From Macrostomum lignano (Eukaryota): a DNA stretch of 64,000 bases. Positions 1 to 13,050 of this stretch are shown here, piece after piece. Within the stretch, counting starts at the first letter, position 1; each line of letters starts with the position of its first letter. The stretch covers positions 285,389-349,388 of the forward strand of contig NIVC01002030.1 in the NCBI GenBank assembly GCA_002269645.1. The letters run 5' to 3'. Position numbers and translations under genes: made by a program. A model generated the notes under the pieces. It did no database searches. It saw only the letters and a program-made list of their open reading frames with translations, and was not told where the DNA came from.

Positions 1-213
1 TTTTACACTAATTATCTCCCTTCACCCACCTGTCTAATCTCGCTACACTCGCCTATCTAATCTCCCTTCACCCACCTGTCTAATCTTCCTCCACTCACCT
101 GTCCAATCTCCCTTCACTCACCTGTCTAATCTCCCTTCACTCACCTGTCTAATCTCCCTTCACACACCTGTCCAATCTCCCTTCACTCACCTGTCTAATC
201 CCCTTCACACACC
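1..213. repeat. ~25-bp minisatellite (CACCTGTCTAATCTCCCTTCACT), truncated by the window start
   Basis: Tandem copies seen directly. Confidence 0.9.
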
Positions 214-603
214 TGGTTTATTCAGTCAATTTTTATTAGTGGTAGTGAATTATGATTATAGTTTTACTGTCAAAATAATATTATTTCAGAGACATATTCT
301 ATTGTTGAAATTTGCTAATTGTCAGTTGCAGTGTTTCGCTATTTAAATTTGTCATTTTTTCAGCGCTATGCTTTGTTTATTTCTTGCACTTTAAAATATT
401 TTTACTCTAATTTTGACAGTTTAATCTGTGTTCGAAATTTGTTTAGCTTAAGTGAAATTCACACGTTTTAACAGATGTATTCCATCTTGCACCGTAACCG
501 AGGTTAATACGATACTTTTTGCCGAATTGTCATTGCTGGTAACTATTCATCTGATTTATGTTATGCATAATATTCTTCGAAATTTGATTTATTAAAAGTG
601 ATT

Positions 604-1597
604 ACTCTGATGACCCTGACACCACTCTAATGACCCTGACACCACCCTGATGACCCTGACACCACTCTGATGACCCTGACACCACTCTAGTGACCCTGAC
701 ACCACCCTGATGACCCTGACACCACTCTGATGACCCTGACACCACTCTAGTGACCCTGACACCACTCTAGTGACCCTGACACCACCCTGATGACCCTGAC
801 ACCACTCTGATGACCCTGACACCACTCTAGTGACCCTGACACCACTCTAGTGACCCTGACACCACTCTGATGACCCTGACACCACTCTGATAACCCTGAC
901 ACCACTCTAGTGACCCTGACACCACCCTGATGACCCTGACACCACTCTGATGACCCTGACACCACTCTAGTGACCCTGACACCACTCTAGTGACCCTGAC
1001 ACCACTCTGATGACCCTGACACCACTCTGATGACCCTGACACCACTCTGATGACCCTGACACCACTCTAGTGACCCTGACACCACTCTGATGACCCTGAC
1101 ACCACTCTAGTGACCCTGACACCACTCTAGTGACCCTGACACCACCCTGATGACCCTGACACCACTCTGATGACCCTGACACCACTCTAGTGACCCTGAC
1201 ACCACTCTAGTGACCCTGACACCACTCTGATGACCCTGACACCACTCTGATGACCCTGACACCACTCTGATGACCCTGACACCACTCTAGTGACCCTGAC
1301 ACCACTCTGATGACCCTGACACCACTCTAGTGACCCTGACACCACTCTAGTGACCCTGACACCACCCTGATGACACTGACACCACTCTGATGACCCAGAC
1401 ACCACTCTGATGACCCTGACACCACTCTGATGACCCTGACACCACTCTGATGACCCTGACACCACTCTGATGACACTGACACCACCCTGATGACACTGAC
1501 ACCACCCTGATGACACTGACACCACCCTGATGACACTGACACCACCCTGATGACACTGACACCACTCTGATGACCCAGACACCACTCTGATGACCCA
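604..1597. repeat. 20-bp minisatellite TGACCCTGACACCACTCT(GA/AG), ~50 copies
   Basis: Tandem copies; explains the minus-strand ORFs 592-1636. Confidence 0.97.
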
Positions 1598-2059
1598 GTT
1601 AACATCTTTCAAGGCAAGTATTTGCACCTGTTTCAAAGTCTAATCTTGTTTTCACTGTCTGTGTGCATAGTAACTGGAAAATTCGGACAAATTAAAAGTT
1701 ATAAACCTGTAAAAAAGACAATATTTCTAACATGATTTTGTTTATCTGCTATCCGCAAATCATCATATTTATATAATAATTGCAGTCTGTCTTGATGCGT
1801 TGTCCTGCAAATTATAATACATAATTTATTACATTATAAAATTTCATTTTATCTCTAATTGTCCTTTAAATGATTAAATATACATATATATCACAGAGTC
1901 AGATGCACTTTAAGCTACGCTTTATATCTTAGCTCATGTCTGTCATGTTTTGTGTAAATAGCCTTTGCTACTGCCTTATTACATGTTTTTTTTTTACTTT
2001 TATAAATTCACCACCAAGATCAATGCATTGACTTCTGTAAGAGTAACTCAAAACTACCA

Positions 2060-2565
2060 CTCACCATTGCTGATTCACCCACAGTTCACTGTGAATGATT
2101 CACCCACCGTTCACTTTAGATGATTCAACCACCATTTACTTTGCACTGTGAATGATTCACCCACCGTTCACTGTGGATGATTCACCCACCGTGATTCACC
2201 CAAAACTTCAGTCGAGCTTGTGAATGATTCACCCACCGTTCACTTTAGATGATTCACCCACCATTTACTGTGGATGATTCACCCACCGCTCACTTTAGAT
2301 GATTCACCCACCGTTCACTTTAGATGATTCACCCACCGTTCACTTTCGATGATTCACCCACCATTTACTGTGGATGATTCACCCACCGCTCACTTTAGAT
2401 GATTCACCCACCGTTCACTTTAGATGATTCACCCACCGTTCACTTTCGATGATTCACCCACCGCTCACTGTAAATGGTTCACCCACCTGCCACCAAAGAC
2501 GATTCACTCACCCTTCAAAATAGACGATTCACCCACCACAGTAAATGATTCACCCACCATTAACC
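2060..2565. repeat. ~25-bp minisatellite GATGATTCACCCACCGTTCACTTTA
   Basis: Tandem degenerate copies. Confidence 0.9.
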
Positions 2566-2945
2566 ATAAATTTTCCACCAATTTTTCCCTTGGCTCGTAC
2601 AAATAGATGATGATGACAAATCACTCAAGAATATCTTCGATCATGATAATTATATTGAAGATTGAATTAGTTTCGTATATACCGTATATTAACCCATATA
2701 TTTGCCAGTCAATAATAGTCAGCTACACTCATCACAACAGCAGCCGTAGGCCCGCCAGCGAGTCAGACTCGTGCACCGCCAACAAAAAGCAATTTTACTC
2801 GCTAAGCCGGTTTAGGCAGCACGGTCGTCATTTAGAAAAGCTTGTTTGCTTTTAACAAGCTTGCTTGCGGGCTATTGGCTCGGGAAAAAATTACTGCATC
2901 TGCACGGCTGACCTACTGCGAGTAGTTTATTGGAGAAATGGATCC

Positions 2946-4025
2946 TGCTTGTGAAACTTCAATCGAGCTTGTGAAACTTCAATAGAGCTTGTGAAGCTTC
3001 AATCAAGCTTGTGAAACTTCAGTCGAGCTTGTGAAACTTCAGTCGAGCTTGTGAAACTTCAATCAAGCTTGTGAAACTTCAGTCGAGCTTGTGAAACTTC
3101 AATCGAGCTTGTGAAACTTCAACCGAGCTTGTGAAACTTCAATCGAGCTTGTGAAACTTCAACCGAGCTTGTGAAACTTCAATCGAGCTTGTGAAACTTC
3201 AGTCGAGCTTGTAAAACTTCAGTCGAGCTTGTGAAGCTTCAATCAAGCTTGTGAAACTTCAGTCGAGCTTGTGAAACTTCAGTCGAGCTTGTGAAACTTC
3301 AATCGAGCTTGTGAAACTTCAATCAAGCTTGTGAAACTTCAGTCGAGCTTGTGAAGCTTCAATCAAGCTTGTGAAACTTCAGTCGAGCTTGTGAAACTTC
3401 AGTCGAGCTTGTGAAACTTCAATCGAGCTTGTGAAACTTCAATCAAGCTTGTGAAACTTCAGTCGAGCTTGTGAAACTTCAATCGAGCTTGTGAAACTTC
3501 AGTCGAGCTTGTAAAACTTCAGTCGAGCTTGTGAAACTTCAGTCAAGCTTGTAAAACTTCAATCGAGCTTGTGAAACTTCAATCGAGCTTGTGAAACTTC
3601 AACCGAGCTTGTGAAACTTCAATCGAGCTTGTGAAACTTCAGTCGAGCTTGTAAAACTTCAGTCGAGCTTGTGAAACTTCAGTCAAGCTTGTAAAACTTC
3701 AATCGAGCTTGTGAAACTTCAATCGAGCTTGTGAAACTTCAGTCGAGCTTGTAAAACTTCAGTCGAGCTTGTGAAACTTCAGTCAAGCTTGTAAAACTTC
3801 AATCGAGCTTGTGAAACTTCAATCGAGCTTGTGAAACTTCAACCGAGCTTGTGAAACTTCAATCGAGCTTGTGAAACTTCAGTCGAGCTTGTAAAACTTC
3901 AGTCGAGCTTGTGAAACTTCAGTCAAGCTTGTAAAACTTCAATCGAGCTTGTGAAACTTCAATCGAGCTTGTGAAACTTCAATCGAGCTTGTGAAACTTC
4001 AATCGAGCTTGTGAAGATTCAATTG
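2946..4025. repeat. 20-bp minisatellite GAGCTTGTGAAACTTCA(A/G)TC, ~54 copies
   Basis: Tandem copies. Confidence 0.97.
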
Positions 4026-4134
4026 AGACCTTTAAACTTCAGACTTGCGAATTTTCTAACAATTCCCAGTCCGCAACTAACTGATGATTCCAAGAAAGCA
4101 CTCGGCGCAGATGCAGATTAAATAAAAATTAGCC

Positions 4135-5803
4135 TCATCCACCCCCAATATGTTCGCTGTCACGTGTGCCACAAGCCGCTGCAAATCTTCTGTTGAGGTA
4201 ACCGTTTGTGATGTCACCGCTTCTGCGATCGCTGCTTCTTCTAGCGCTGCCAGCTGGTTCCCTGGCCGAAAATGTAGCTGTTGGTGCCTGGAATACAATT
4301 TGGCACTTAGTTTCATGCAACATTACTACGGACACAATTCCTATGGACACAAGGATCAGGGAGTCCAAGACACAATTCCTATGGACACAAGGATCAGAGA
4401 GTCCAAGACACAATTCCTATGGACACAAGGATCCGAGAGTCCAAGACACAACCTATGGACACAAGGATCAGAGAGTCCAAGACACAACCTATGGACACAA
4501 GGATCAGAGAGTCCGAGACACAACCTATGGACACAAGGATCAGAGAGTCCGAGACACAACCTATAGACACAAGGATCAGAGAGTCCGAGACACAACCTAT
4601 GGACACAAGGATCAGAGAGTCCGAGACACAACCTATGGACACAAGGATCAGAGAGTCCGAGACACAACCTATGGACACAAGGATCAGAGAGTCCGAGACA
4701 CAACCTATAGACACAAGGATCAGAGAGTCCGAGACACAACCTATGGACACAAGGATCAGAGAGTCCGAGACACAACCTATGGACACAAGGATCAGAGAGT
4801 CCGAGACACAACCTATGGACACAAGGATCAGAGAGTCCGAGACACAACCTATAGACACAAGGATCAGAGAGTCCGAGACACAATTCCTATGGACACAAGG
4901 ATCAGAGAGTCCGAGACACAATTCCTATGGACACAAGGATCAGAGAGTCCGAGACACAATTCCTATGGACACAAGGATCAGAGAGTCCGAGACACAATTC
5001 CTATGGACACAAGGATCAGAGAGTCCGAGACACAACCTATGGACACAAGGATCAGAGAGTCCGAGACACAATTCCTATGGACACAAGGATCAGAGAGTCC
5101 GAGACACAATTCCTATGGACACAAGGATCAGAGAGTCCGAGACACAATTCCTATGGACACAAGGATCAGAGAGTCCGAGACACAATTCCTATGGACACAA
5201 GGATCAGAGAGTCCGAGACACAATTCCTATGGACACAAGGATCAGAGAGTCCGAGACACAATTCCTATGGACACAAGGATCAGAGAGTCCGAGACACAAT
5301 TCCTATGGACACAAGGATCAGAGAGTCCGAGACAAAATATCGGATAGTTCAGAGACAAAACCAACGTGTACAAGAAGAGTCAGCCGGGGGGTTATAAAAC
5401 GCTTTCCTCAAGCTTTTTCAAGCTTTTGCAAATAGGCAGGCAGTTATAGGAAAGCAGTTACATAGAGTTATTAATTACCAGAACAACATGACACGAAGGC
5501 GTGACCACGAAGTTCGTCCTCGAGGGTGATGCCGAACTGCCGTGTGGAACATTGCTGAACAGACGAGAGCCACTGTCTGTTCTGCTATCGAAGCCTTCGA
5601 ACCACTGCAGCGGTTGAAGTTGCTGCTGCTGATTCCGTTCCTTCTGCTTTTGTTGTTGCTGTTGCTGTTGTTGTTGTTGTTGTTGCTGTTGCTGTTGCTG
5701 TTGTTGTTGTTGTTGTTGCTGTTGTTGTTGTTGTTGTTGTTGTTGTTGCTGTTGCTGTTGTTGTTGTTGTTGTTGCTGTTGTTGTTGTTGTTGTTGCTGT
5801 TGC

Positions 5804-5842
<39 letters not shown>

Positions 5843-5950
5843 GCCTCTAGTTGTTGTACACTGTCTTGCATGCTGCGAAGTGCCTGCGTATTAATTAATT
5901 AATTAGTTAGTTAGTTAGTTAGTTAGTTAGTTGGTTAGTTAGTTAATTAA

Positions 5951-5984
<34 letters not shown>

Positions 5985-6002
5985 GGTTAGTTAGTTAATT
6001 AA

Positions 6003-6036
<34 letters not shown>

Positions 6037-6190
6037 GGTTAGTTAGTTAATTAATTAGTTAGTTAGTTAGTTAGTCAGTTAGTTAGTTAGTTAATTAGTT
6101 AGTTAGTTAGTTAGTTAGTTAGTTGGTTAGTTAGTTAATTAATTAGTTAGTTAGTTAGTTAGTTAGTTAGTTGGTTAGTTAGTTAATTAA

Positions 6191-6224
<34 letters not shown>

Positions 6225-6242
6225 GGTTAGTTAGTTAATTAA

Positions 6243-6280
<38 letters not shown>

Positions 6281-6298
6281 GGTTAGTTAGTTAATTAA

Positions 6299-6332
<34 letters not shown>

Positions 6333-6350
6333 GGTTAGTTAGTTAATTAA

Positions 6351-6388
<38 letters not shown>

Positions 6389-6406
6389 GGTTAGTTAGTT
6401 AATTAA

Positions 6407-6440
<34 letters not shown>

Positions 6441-6596
6441 GGTTAGTTAGTTAATTAATTAGTTAGTTAGTTTGTTAGTCAGTTAGTTAGTTAGTTAGTT
6501 AGTTAGTTAGCTAGTTAGTTAGTTAGTTATTTAGTCAGTTAGTTAGTCAGTTAGTTAGTCAGTTAGTTAGTTAGTTAGTTAGTCAGTTAGTTAGTC

Positions 6597-6627
<31 letters not shown>

Positions 6628-6628
6628 C

Positions 6629-6685
<57 letters not shown>

Positions 6686-6776
6686 GCTAGTTAGTTAGTT
6701 AGTTAGTTAGTTAGTTTGTTTGTTAGTTTGTTAGTTAGTTAGTTAGTTAGTTAGCTAGTCAGTTAGTTAGTTAGTC

Positions 6777-6812
<36 letters not shown>

Positions 6813-6830
6813 GGTTAGTTAGTTAATTAA

Positions 6831-6880
<50 letters not shown>

Positions 6881-6936
6881 GGTTAGTTAGTTAATTAGTT
6901 AGTTAGTTAGTTAGTTAGTTAGTCAGTTAGTTAGTC

Positions 6937-6967
<31 letters not shown>

Positions 6968-7108
6968 CAGTTAGTTAGTTAGTTAGTTAGTTAGTTGGTT
7001 AGTTCGTTAGTTAGTTTGCTAGTTAGTTAGTTAGTTAGTTAGTTTGTTTGTTTGTTAGTTTGTTAGTTAGTTAGTTAGTTAGTTAGCTAGTCAGTTAGTT
7101 AGTTAGTC

Positions 7109-7144
<36 letters not shown>

Positions 7145-7162
7145 GGTTAGTTAGTTAATTAA

Positions 7163-7228
<66 letters not shown>

Positions 7229-7334
7229 GGTTAGTTAGTTAATTAATTAGTTAGTTAGTTAGTTAGTTAGTTGGTTAGTTAGTTAATTAATTAGTTAGTT
7301 AGTTAGTTAGTTAGTTGGTTAGTTAGTTAATTAA

Positions 7335-7368
<34 letters not shown>

Positions 7369-7428
7369 GGTTAGTTAGTTAGTTTGTTTGTTTGTTAGTT
7401 AGTTAGCTAGTCAGTTAGTTAGCTAGTC

Positions 7429-7466
<38 letters not shown>

Positions 7467-7504
7467 CTAGTCAGTTAGTTAGTTAGTTAGTTAGTTAGCT
7501 AGTC

Positions 7505-7543
<39 letters not shown>

Positions 7544-7696
7544 CAGTTAGTTAGTTAGTTAGTTAGTTAGTTAGCTAGTTAGTTAGTTATTTAGTCAGTT
7601 AGTTAGTCAGTTAGTTAGTCAGTTAGTTAGTTAGTTAGTTAGTCAGTTAGTTAGTCAGTTAGTTAGTCAGTTAGTTAGTTAGTTAGTTAGTTAGTC

Positions 7697-7745
<49 letters not shown>

Positions 7746-7753
7746 GTTTGTTT

Positions 7754-7786
<33 letters not shown>

Positions 7787-7808
7787 CTAGTCAGTTAGTT
7801 AGTTAGTC

Positions 7809-7850
<42 letters not shown>

Positions 7851-7870
7851 CTGGTTAGTTAGTTAATTAA

Positions 7871-7912
<42 letters not shown>

Positions 7913-8132
7913 GGTTAGTTAGTTAATTAATTAGTTAGTTAGTTAGTTAGTTGGTTAGTTAGTTAATTAATTAGTTAGTTAGTTAGTTAGTTAGTTAGTT
8001 CGTTAGTTAGTTTGTTTGTTTGTTAGTTAGTTAGTTAGCTAGTCAGTTAGTTAGTTAGTCAGTTAGTTAGTTAGTTAGTTAGTTAGTTAGCTAGTCAGTT
8101 AGTTAGTTAGTTAGTTAGTTAGTTAGCTAGTC

Positions 8133-8171
<39 letters not shown>

Positions 8172-8328
8172 CAGTTAGTTAGTTAGTTAGTTAGTTAGTT
8201 AGCTAGTTAGTTAGTTAGTTATTTAGTCAGTTAGTTAGTCAGTTAGTTAGTCAGTTAGTTAGTCAGTTAGTTAGTCAGTTAGTTAGTCAGTTAGTTAGTC
8301 AGTTAGTTAGTTAGTTAGTTAGTTAGTC

Positions 8329-8389
<61 letters not shown>

Positions 8390-8393
8390 GTTT

Positions 8394-8430
<37 letters not shown>

Positions 8431-8454
8431 CTAGTCAGTTAGTTAGTTAGTCAT

Positions 8455-8497
<43 letters not shown>

Positions 8498-8924
8498 ATT
8501 AATTAGTTAGTTAGTTAGTTAGTTAGTTAGTTCGTTAGTTAGTTGGTTAGTTAGTTAATTAATTAGTTAGTTAGTTAGTTAGTTAGTTGGTTAGTTAGTT
8601 AATTAATTAGTTAGTTAGTTAGTTAGTTTGTTTGTTTGTTTGTTTGTTAGTTAGTTAGCTAGTCAGTTAGTTAGTTAGTCAGTTAGTTAGTTAGTTAGTT
8701 AGTTAGCTAGTTAGTTAGTTAGTTAGCTAGTCAGTTAGTTAGTTAGCTAGTTAGTTAGTTAGTTAGTTAGTCAGTTAGTTAGTTAGTTAGTTAGTTAGTT
8801 AGCTAGTTAGTTAGTTAGTTATTTAGTCAGTTAGTTAGTCAGTTAGTTAGTCAGTTAGTTAGTTAGTTAGTTAGTCAGTTAGTTAGTCAGTTAGTTAGTC
8901 AGTTAGTTAGTTAGTTAGTTAGTC

Positions 8925-8998
<74 letters not shown>

Positions 8999-8999
8999 C

Positions 9000-9033
<34 letters not shown>

Positions 9034-9088
9034 GTTAGTTTGTTAGTTTGTTAGTTAGTTAGTTAGCTAGTCAGTTAGTTAGTTAGTC

Positions 9089-9122
<34 letters not shown>

Positions 9123-9333
9123 CTAGTCAGTTAGTTAGTTAGTTAGTTAGTTAGCTAGTCAGTTAGTTAGTTAGTTAGTTAGCTAGTTAGTTAGTTAGTT
9201 ATTTAGTCAGTTAGTTAGTCAGTTAGTTAGTCAGTTAGTTAGTTAGTTAGTTAGTCAGTTAGTTAGTCAGTTAGTTAGTCAGTTAGTTAGTTAGTTAGTT
9301 AGTCAGTTAGTTAGTTAGTTAGTTAGTTAGTTG

Positions 9334-9376
<43 letters not shown>

Positions 9377-9482
9377 GGTTAGTTAGTTAATTAATTAGTT
9401 AGTTAGTTAGTTAGTTAGTTGGTTAGTTAGTTAATTAATTAGTTAGTTAGTTAGTTAGTTAGTTGGTTAGTTAGTTAATTAA

Positions 9483-9533
<51 letters not shown>

Positions 9534-9579
9534 GTTTGTTTGTTAGTTAGTTAGCTAGTCAGTTAGTTAGCTAGTCAGC

Positions 9580-9614
<35 letters not shown>

Positions 9615-9652
9615 CTAGTCAGTTAGTTAGTTAGTTAGTTAGTTAGCTAGTC

Positions 9653-9691
<39 letters not shown>

Positions 9692-9844
9692 CAGTTAGTT
9701 AGTTAGTTAGTTAGTTAGTTAGCTAGTTAGTTAGTTATTTAGTCAGTTAGTTAGTCAGTTAGTTAGTCAGTTAGTTAGTTAGTTAGTTAGTCAGTTAGTT
9801 AGTCAGTTAGTTAGTCAGTTAGTTAGTTAGTTAGTTAGTTAGTC

Positions 9845-9901
<57 letters not shown>

Positions 9902-9909
9902 GTTTGTTT

Positions 9910-9942
<33 letters not shown>

Positions 9943-9964
9943 CTAGTCAGTTAGTTAGTTAGTC

Positions 9965-10002
<38 letters not shown>

Positions 10003-10038
10003 CTGGTTAGTTAGTTAATTAATTAGTTAGTTAATTAA

Positions 10039-10076
<38 letters not shown>

Positions 10077-10224
10077 GGTTAGTTAGTTAATTAATTAGTT
10101 AGTTAGTTAGTTAGTTAGTTGGTTAGTTAGTTAATTAATTAGTTAGTTAGTTAGTTAGTTAGTTCGTTAGTTAGTTAGTTTGTTTGTTAGTTAGTTAGTT
10201 AGCTAGTCAGTTAGTTAGTTAGTC

Positions 10225-10258
<34 letters not shown>

Positions 10259-10296
10259 CTAGTCAGTTAGTTAGTTAGTTAGTTAGTTAGCTAGTC

Positions 10297-10335
<39 letters not shown>

Positions 10336-10336
10336 C

Positions 10337-10370
<34 letters not shown>

Positions 10371-10496
10371 CTAGTTAGTTAGTTAGTTATTTAGTCAGTT
10401 AGTTAGTCAGTTAGTTAGTCAGTTAGTTAGTTAGTTAGTTAGTCAGTTAGTTAGTCAGTTAGTTAGTCAGTTAGTTAGTTAGTTAGTTAGTTAGTC

Positions 10497-10549
<53 letters not shown>

Positions 10550-10561
10550 GTTTGTTTGTTT

Positions 10562-10598
<37 letters not shown>

Positions 10599-10670
10599 CT
10601 AGTCAGTTAGTTAGTTAGTCAGTTAGTTAGTTAGTTAGGTAGTTAGTTAGTTAGTTAGTTAGTTAATTAA

Positions 10671-10708
<38 letters not shown>

Positions 10709-11088
10709 GGTTAGTTAGTTAATTAATTAGTTAGTTAGTTAGTTAGTTAGTTGGTTAGTTAGTTAATTAATTAGTTAGTTAGTTAGTTAGTTTGTTTGTT
10801 TGTTTGTTAGTTAGTTAGCTAGTCAGTTAGTTAGTTAGTCAGTTAGTTAGTTAGTTAGTTAGTTAGTTAGCTAGTTAGTTAGTTAGTTAGCTAGTCAGTT
10901 AGTTAGTTAGCTAGTTAGTTAGTTAGTTAGTTAGTCAGTTAGTTAGTTAGTTAGTTAGTTAGTTAGCTAGTTAGTTAGTTAGTTATTTAGTCAGTTAGTT
11001 AGTCAGTTAGTTAGTCAGTTAGTTAGTTAGTTAGTTAGTCAGTTAGTTAGTCAGTTAGTTAGTCAGTTAGTTAGTTAGTTAGTTAGTC

Positions 11089-11146
<58 letters not shown>

Positions 11147-11147
11147 C

Positions 11148-11181
<34 letters not shown>

Positions 11182-11236
11182 GTTAGTTTGTTAGTTAGTT
11201 AGTTAGTTAGTTAGCTAGTCAGTTAGTTAGTTAGTC

Positions 11237-11270
<34 letters not shown>

Positions 11271-11456
11271 CTAGTCAGTTAGTTAGTTAGTTAGTTAGTT
11301 AGCTAGTCAGTTAGTTAGTTAGTTAGTTAGCTAGTTAGTTAGTTAGTTATTTAGTCAGTTAGTTAGTCAGTTAGTTAGTCAGTTAGTTAGTTAGTTAGTT
11401 AGTCAGTTAGTTAGTCAGTTAGTTAGTCAGTTAGTTAGTTAGTTAGTTAGTTAGTC

Positions 11457-11521
<65 letters not shown>

Positions 11522-11576
11522 GTTAGTTTGTTAGTTAGTTAGTTAGTTAGTTAGCTAGTCAGTTAGTTAGTTAGTC

Positions 11577-11612
<36 letters not shown>

Positions 11613-11630
11613 GGTTAGTTAGTTTATTAA

Positions 11631-11662
<32 letters not shown>

Positions 11663-11726
11663 GTGGTTAGTTAGTTAATTAATTAGTTAGTTAGTTAGTT
11701 AGTTAGTTGGTTAGTTAGTTAATTAA

Positions 11727-11765
<39 letters not shown>

Positions 11766-11924
11766 GTTTGTTTGTTTGTTAGTTAGTTAGTTAGCTAGTC
11801 AGTTAGTTAGTTAGTCAGTTAGTTAGTTAGTTAGTTAGTTAGTTAGCTAGTCAGTTAGTTAGTTAGTTAGTTAGTTAGCTAGTCAGTTAGTTAGTTAGCT
11901 AGTTAGTTAGTTAGTTAGTTAGTC

Positions 11925-11960
<36 letters not shown>

Positions 11961-12078
11961 GGTTAGTTAGTTTATTAATTAGTTAGTTAGTTTTTTAGTT
12001 AGTTAGTTAGTTAGTTGGTTAGTTAGTTAATTAATTAGTTAGTTAGTTAGTTAGTTAGTTGGTTAGTTAGTTAATTAA

Positions 12079-12121
<43 letters not shown>

Positions 12122-13050
12122 GTTTGTTTGTTTGTTAGTTAGTTAGTTAGTTAGCTAGTCAGTTAGTTAGTCAGTTAGTTAGTTAGTTAGTTAGTTAGTT
12201 AGCTAGTAAGTTAGTCAGTTAGTTGGTTAGTTAGTTAGTCAGTTAGTTAGTTAGTTAGCTAGTCAGTTAGTTAGTTAGTTAGTCAGTTAGTTAGTCAGTC
12301 ACTGTCTGTGCCACTGTACAGTTCTGCCCGACTTGACAATTAAGTCTCGCACCTGTTCCTGCTTGACCGAGGCAACCTCAATCAGGCAGCCCAGCGAGTT
12401 GATGCAGCCCTGCAGTCGGGTTGATTCGCTGACCGCCTGACTCTGCAGGCTGGCCCGCAGCTGCTCGAGGTGTCGCTCCATCGCGGCCTCTTGACTTTGC
12501 TGCCAGTCTTCTAGGCGGAGTCTGTGGTGCAAAAAGCAGTTTACTTCATCAAGTATTGACTTATTGGCATATCCAGCCCCAAAAGACCACTCTATAGCTA
12601 CTAAAGACCGCTGCTCATAATCGCAGGTTGGCTGAGGCCACTCAGCCCATTCCGCAGGCTCCTGAGCACATGCGCTCGTACAAGCACCAATACTGTACGC
12701 AGGCACGCACTCAGACATGCACAAGCTCACGTGTACAGCGGTCCTTTGACTTCGTCAGGTCACAATGAAGTTATAGGTAGAACTCAAACTCACTCGAGCG
12801 TCCCCAGCTGCATTCGAATCGCATCTAAATCAGCCTGACAGCCGCACCGGGCAGTCACGGCGGGTTCGCCAGCCTCGTCCTGTGCAGTTTGAGTACCGAC
12901 GCTAATTAAACTTTTGTTGTTTGCGTTGCTTGGCAACAAAGTTGAAGTTCCTCGCAGGCTGGTTGACACGTGTCTCTTCAGCGAAGCCTGCTGTTTGGAC
13001 TGGGGACGGCTGGTTTGTTTCGGCTTGGCATGATTCGCTAGTAGAGGCAT
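4135..13050 (-). CDS. Spliced gene A: unknown coiled-coil protein with a ~64-residue poly-Q tract (~327 aa). Exons 13050-12794, 12521-12353, 5883-5479, 4287-4135
   Basis: Donors GA|GTGAGT (12793), CAG|GTGCGA (12352), CTG|GTAATT (5478). Acceptors ctgctttttgcaccacag| (12522), taatacgcag| (5884), tgtattccag| (4288). Phases join into one frame (…QLGTLE-LRLEDWQQSQEAAMERHLEQ…KQEQ-ALRSMQDSVQQLEAQ64…). Total 984 nt. The terminal-exon frame and the start codon are less certain. Confidence 0.6.
4328..5335. repeat. 36/38-bp minisatellite GAGACACAA(TT)CCTATGGACACAAGGATCAGAGAGTCC in intron 3 of gene A
   Basis: A block of 36-bp units is followed by a block of 38-bp units; explains the ORFs 4150-5435. Confidence 0.97.
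5650..5841 (-). repeat. (CAA/CAG)64 coding trinucleotide repeat (poly-Q of gene A)
   Basis: 192 nt of TTG/CTG on + inside exon 5883-5479. Confidence 0.9.
5890..12299. repeat. ~6.4-kb (TTAG)n/(CTAA)n tetranucleotide satellite with higher-order structure
   Basis: Continuous TTAG with recurrent variants (TTAATTAA, GCTAGTCAG, ATTTAGTCAG, TTTG). Confidence 0.99.
12645..12759 (-). mobile_element. SINE body fragment in intron 1 of gene A
   Basis: CCCATTCCGCAGGCTCCTGAGCACA…AATACTGTACGCAGGCACGCAC…GTGTACAGCGGTCCTTTGACTTCGTCAGG is homologous to the copies at 14666 (inverted), 43561 and 62760. Confidence 0.55.

Noticed and set aside
592-1636. Minus-strand ORFs (VVSGSLEWCQGH…) and an acceptor/GC-donor pair bracketing the array on +
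   Set aside because: The 20-bp unit cycles through frames and produces stops on both strands; a repeat artefact, not an exon.
4077-4316. Alternative frame LQRLVAHVTANILGVDEANFYL resembling a GAF-domain start
   Set aside because: The upstream donor is phase 0 and selects the other frame; no further GAF/PDE exons were found downstream.
5890-12299. Telomeric repeat interpretation of (TTAG)n
   Set aside because: The unit is TTAG, not TTAGG/TTAGGG, and it lies inside an intron with genes on both sides.
12522-12730. N-terminal part of ORF 12730-12299 as coding
   Set aside because: It overlaps a SINE fragment; a stronger in-frame acceptor at 12522 gives a continuous coiled coil.
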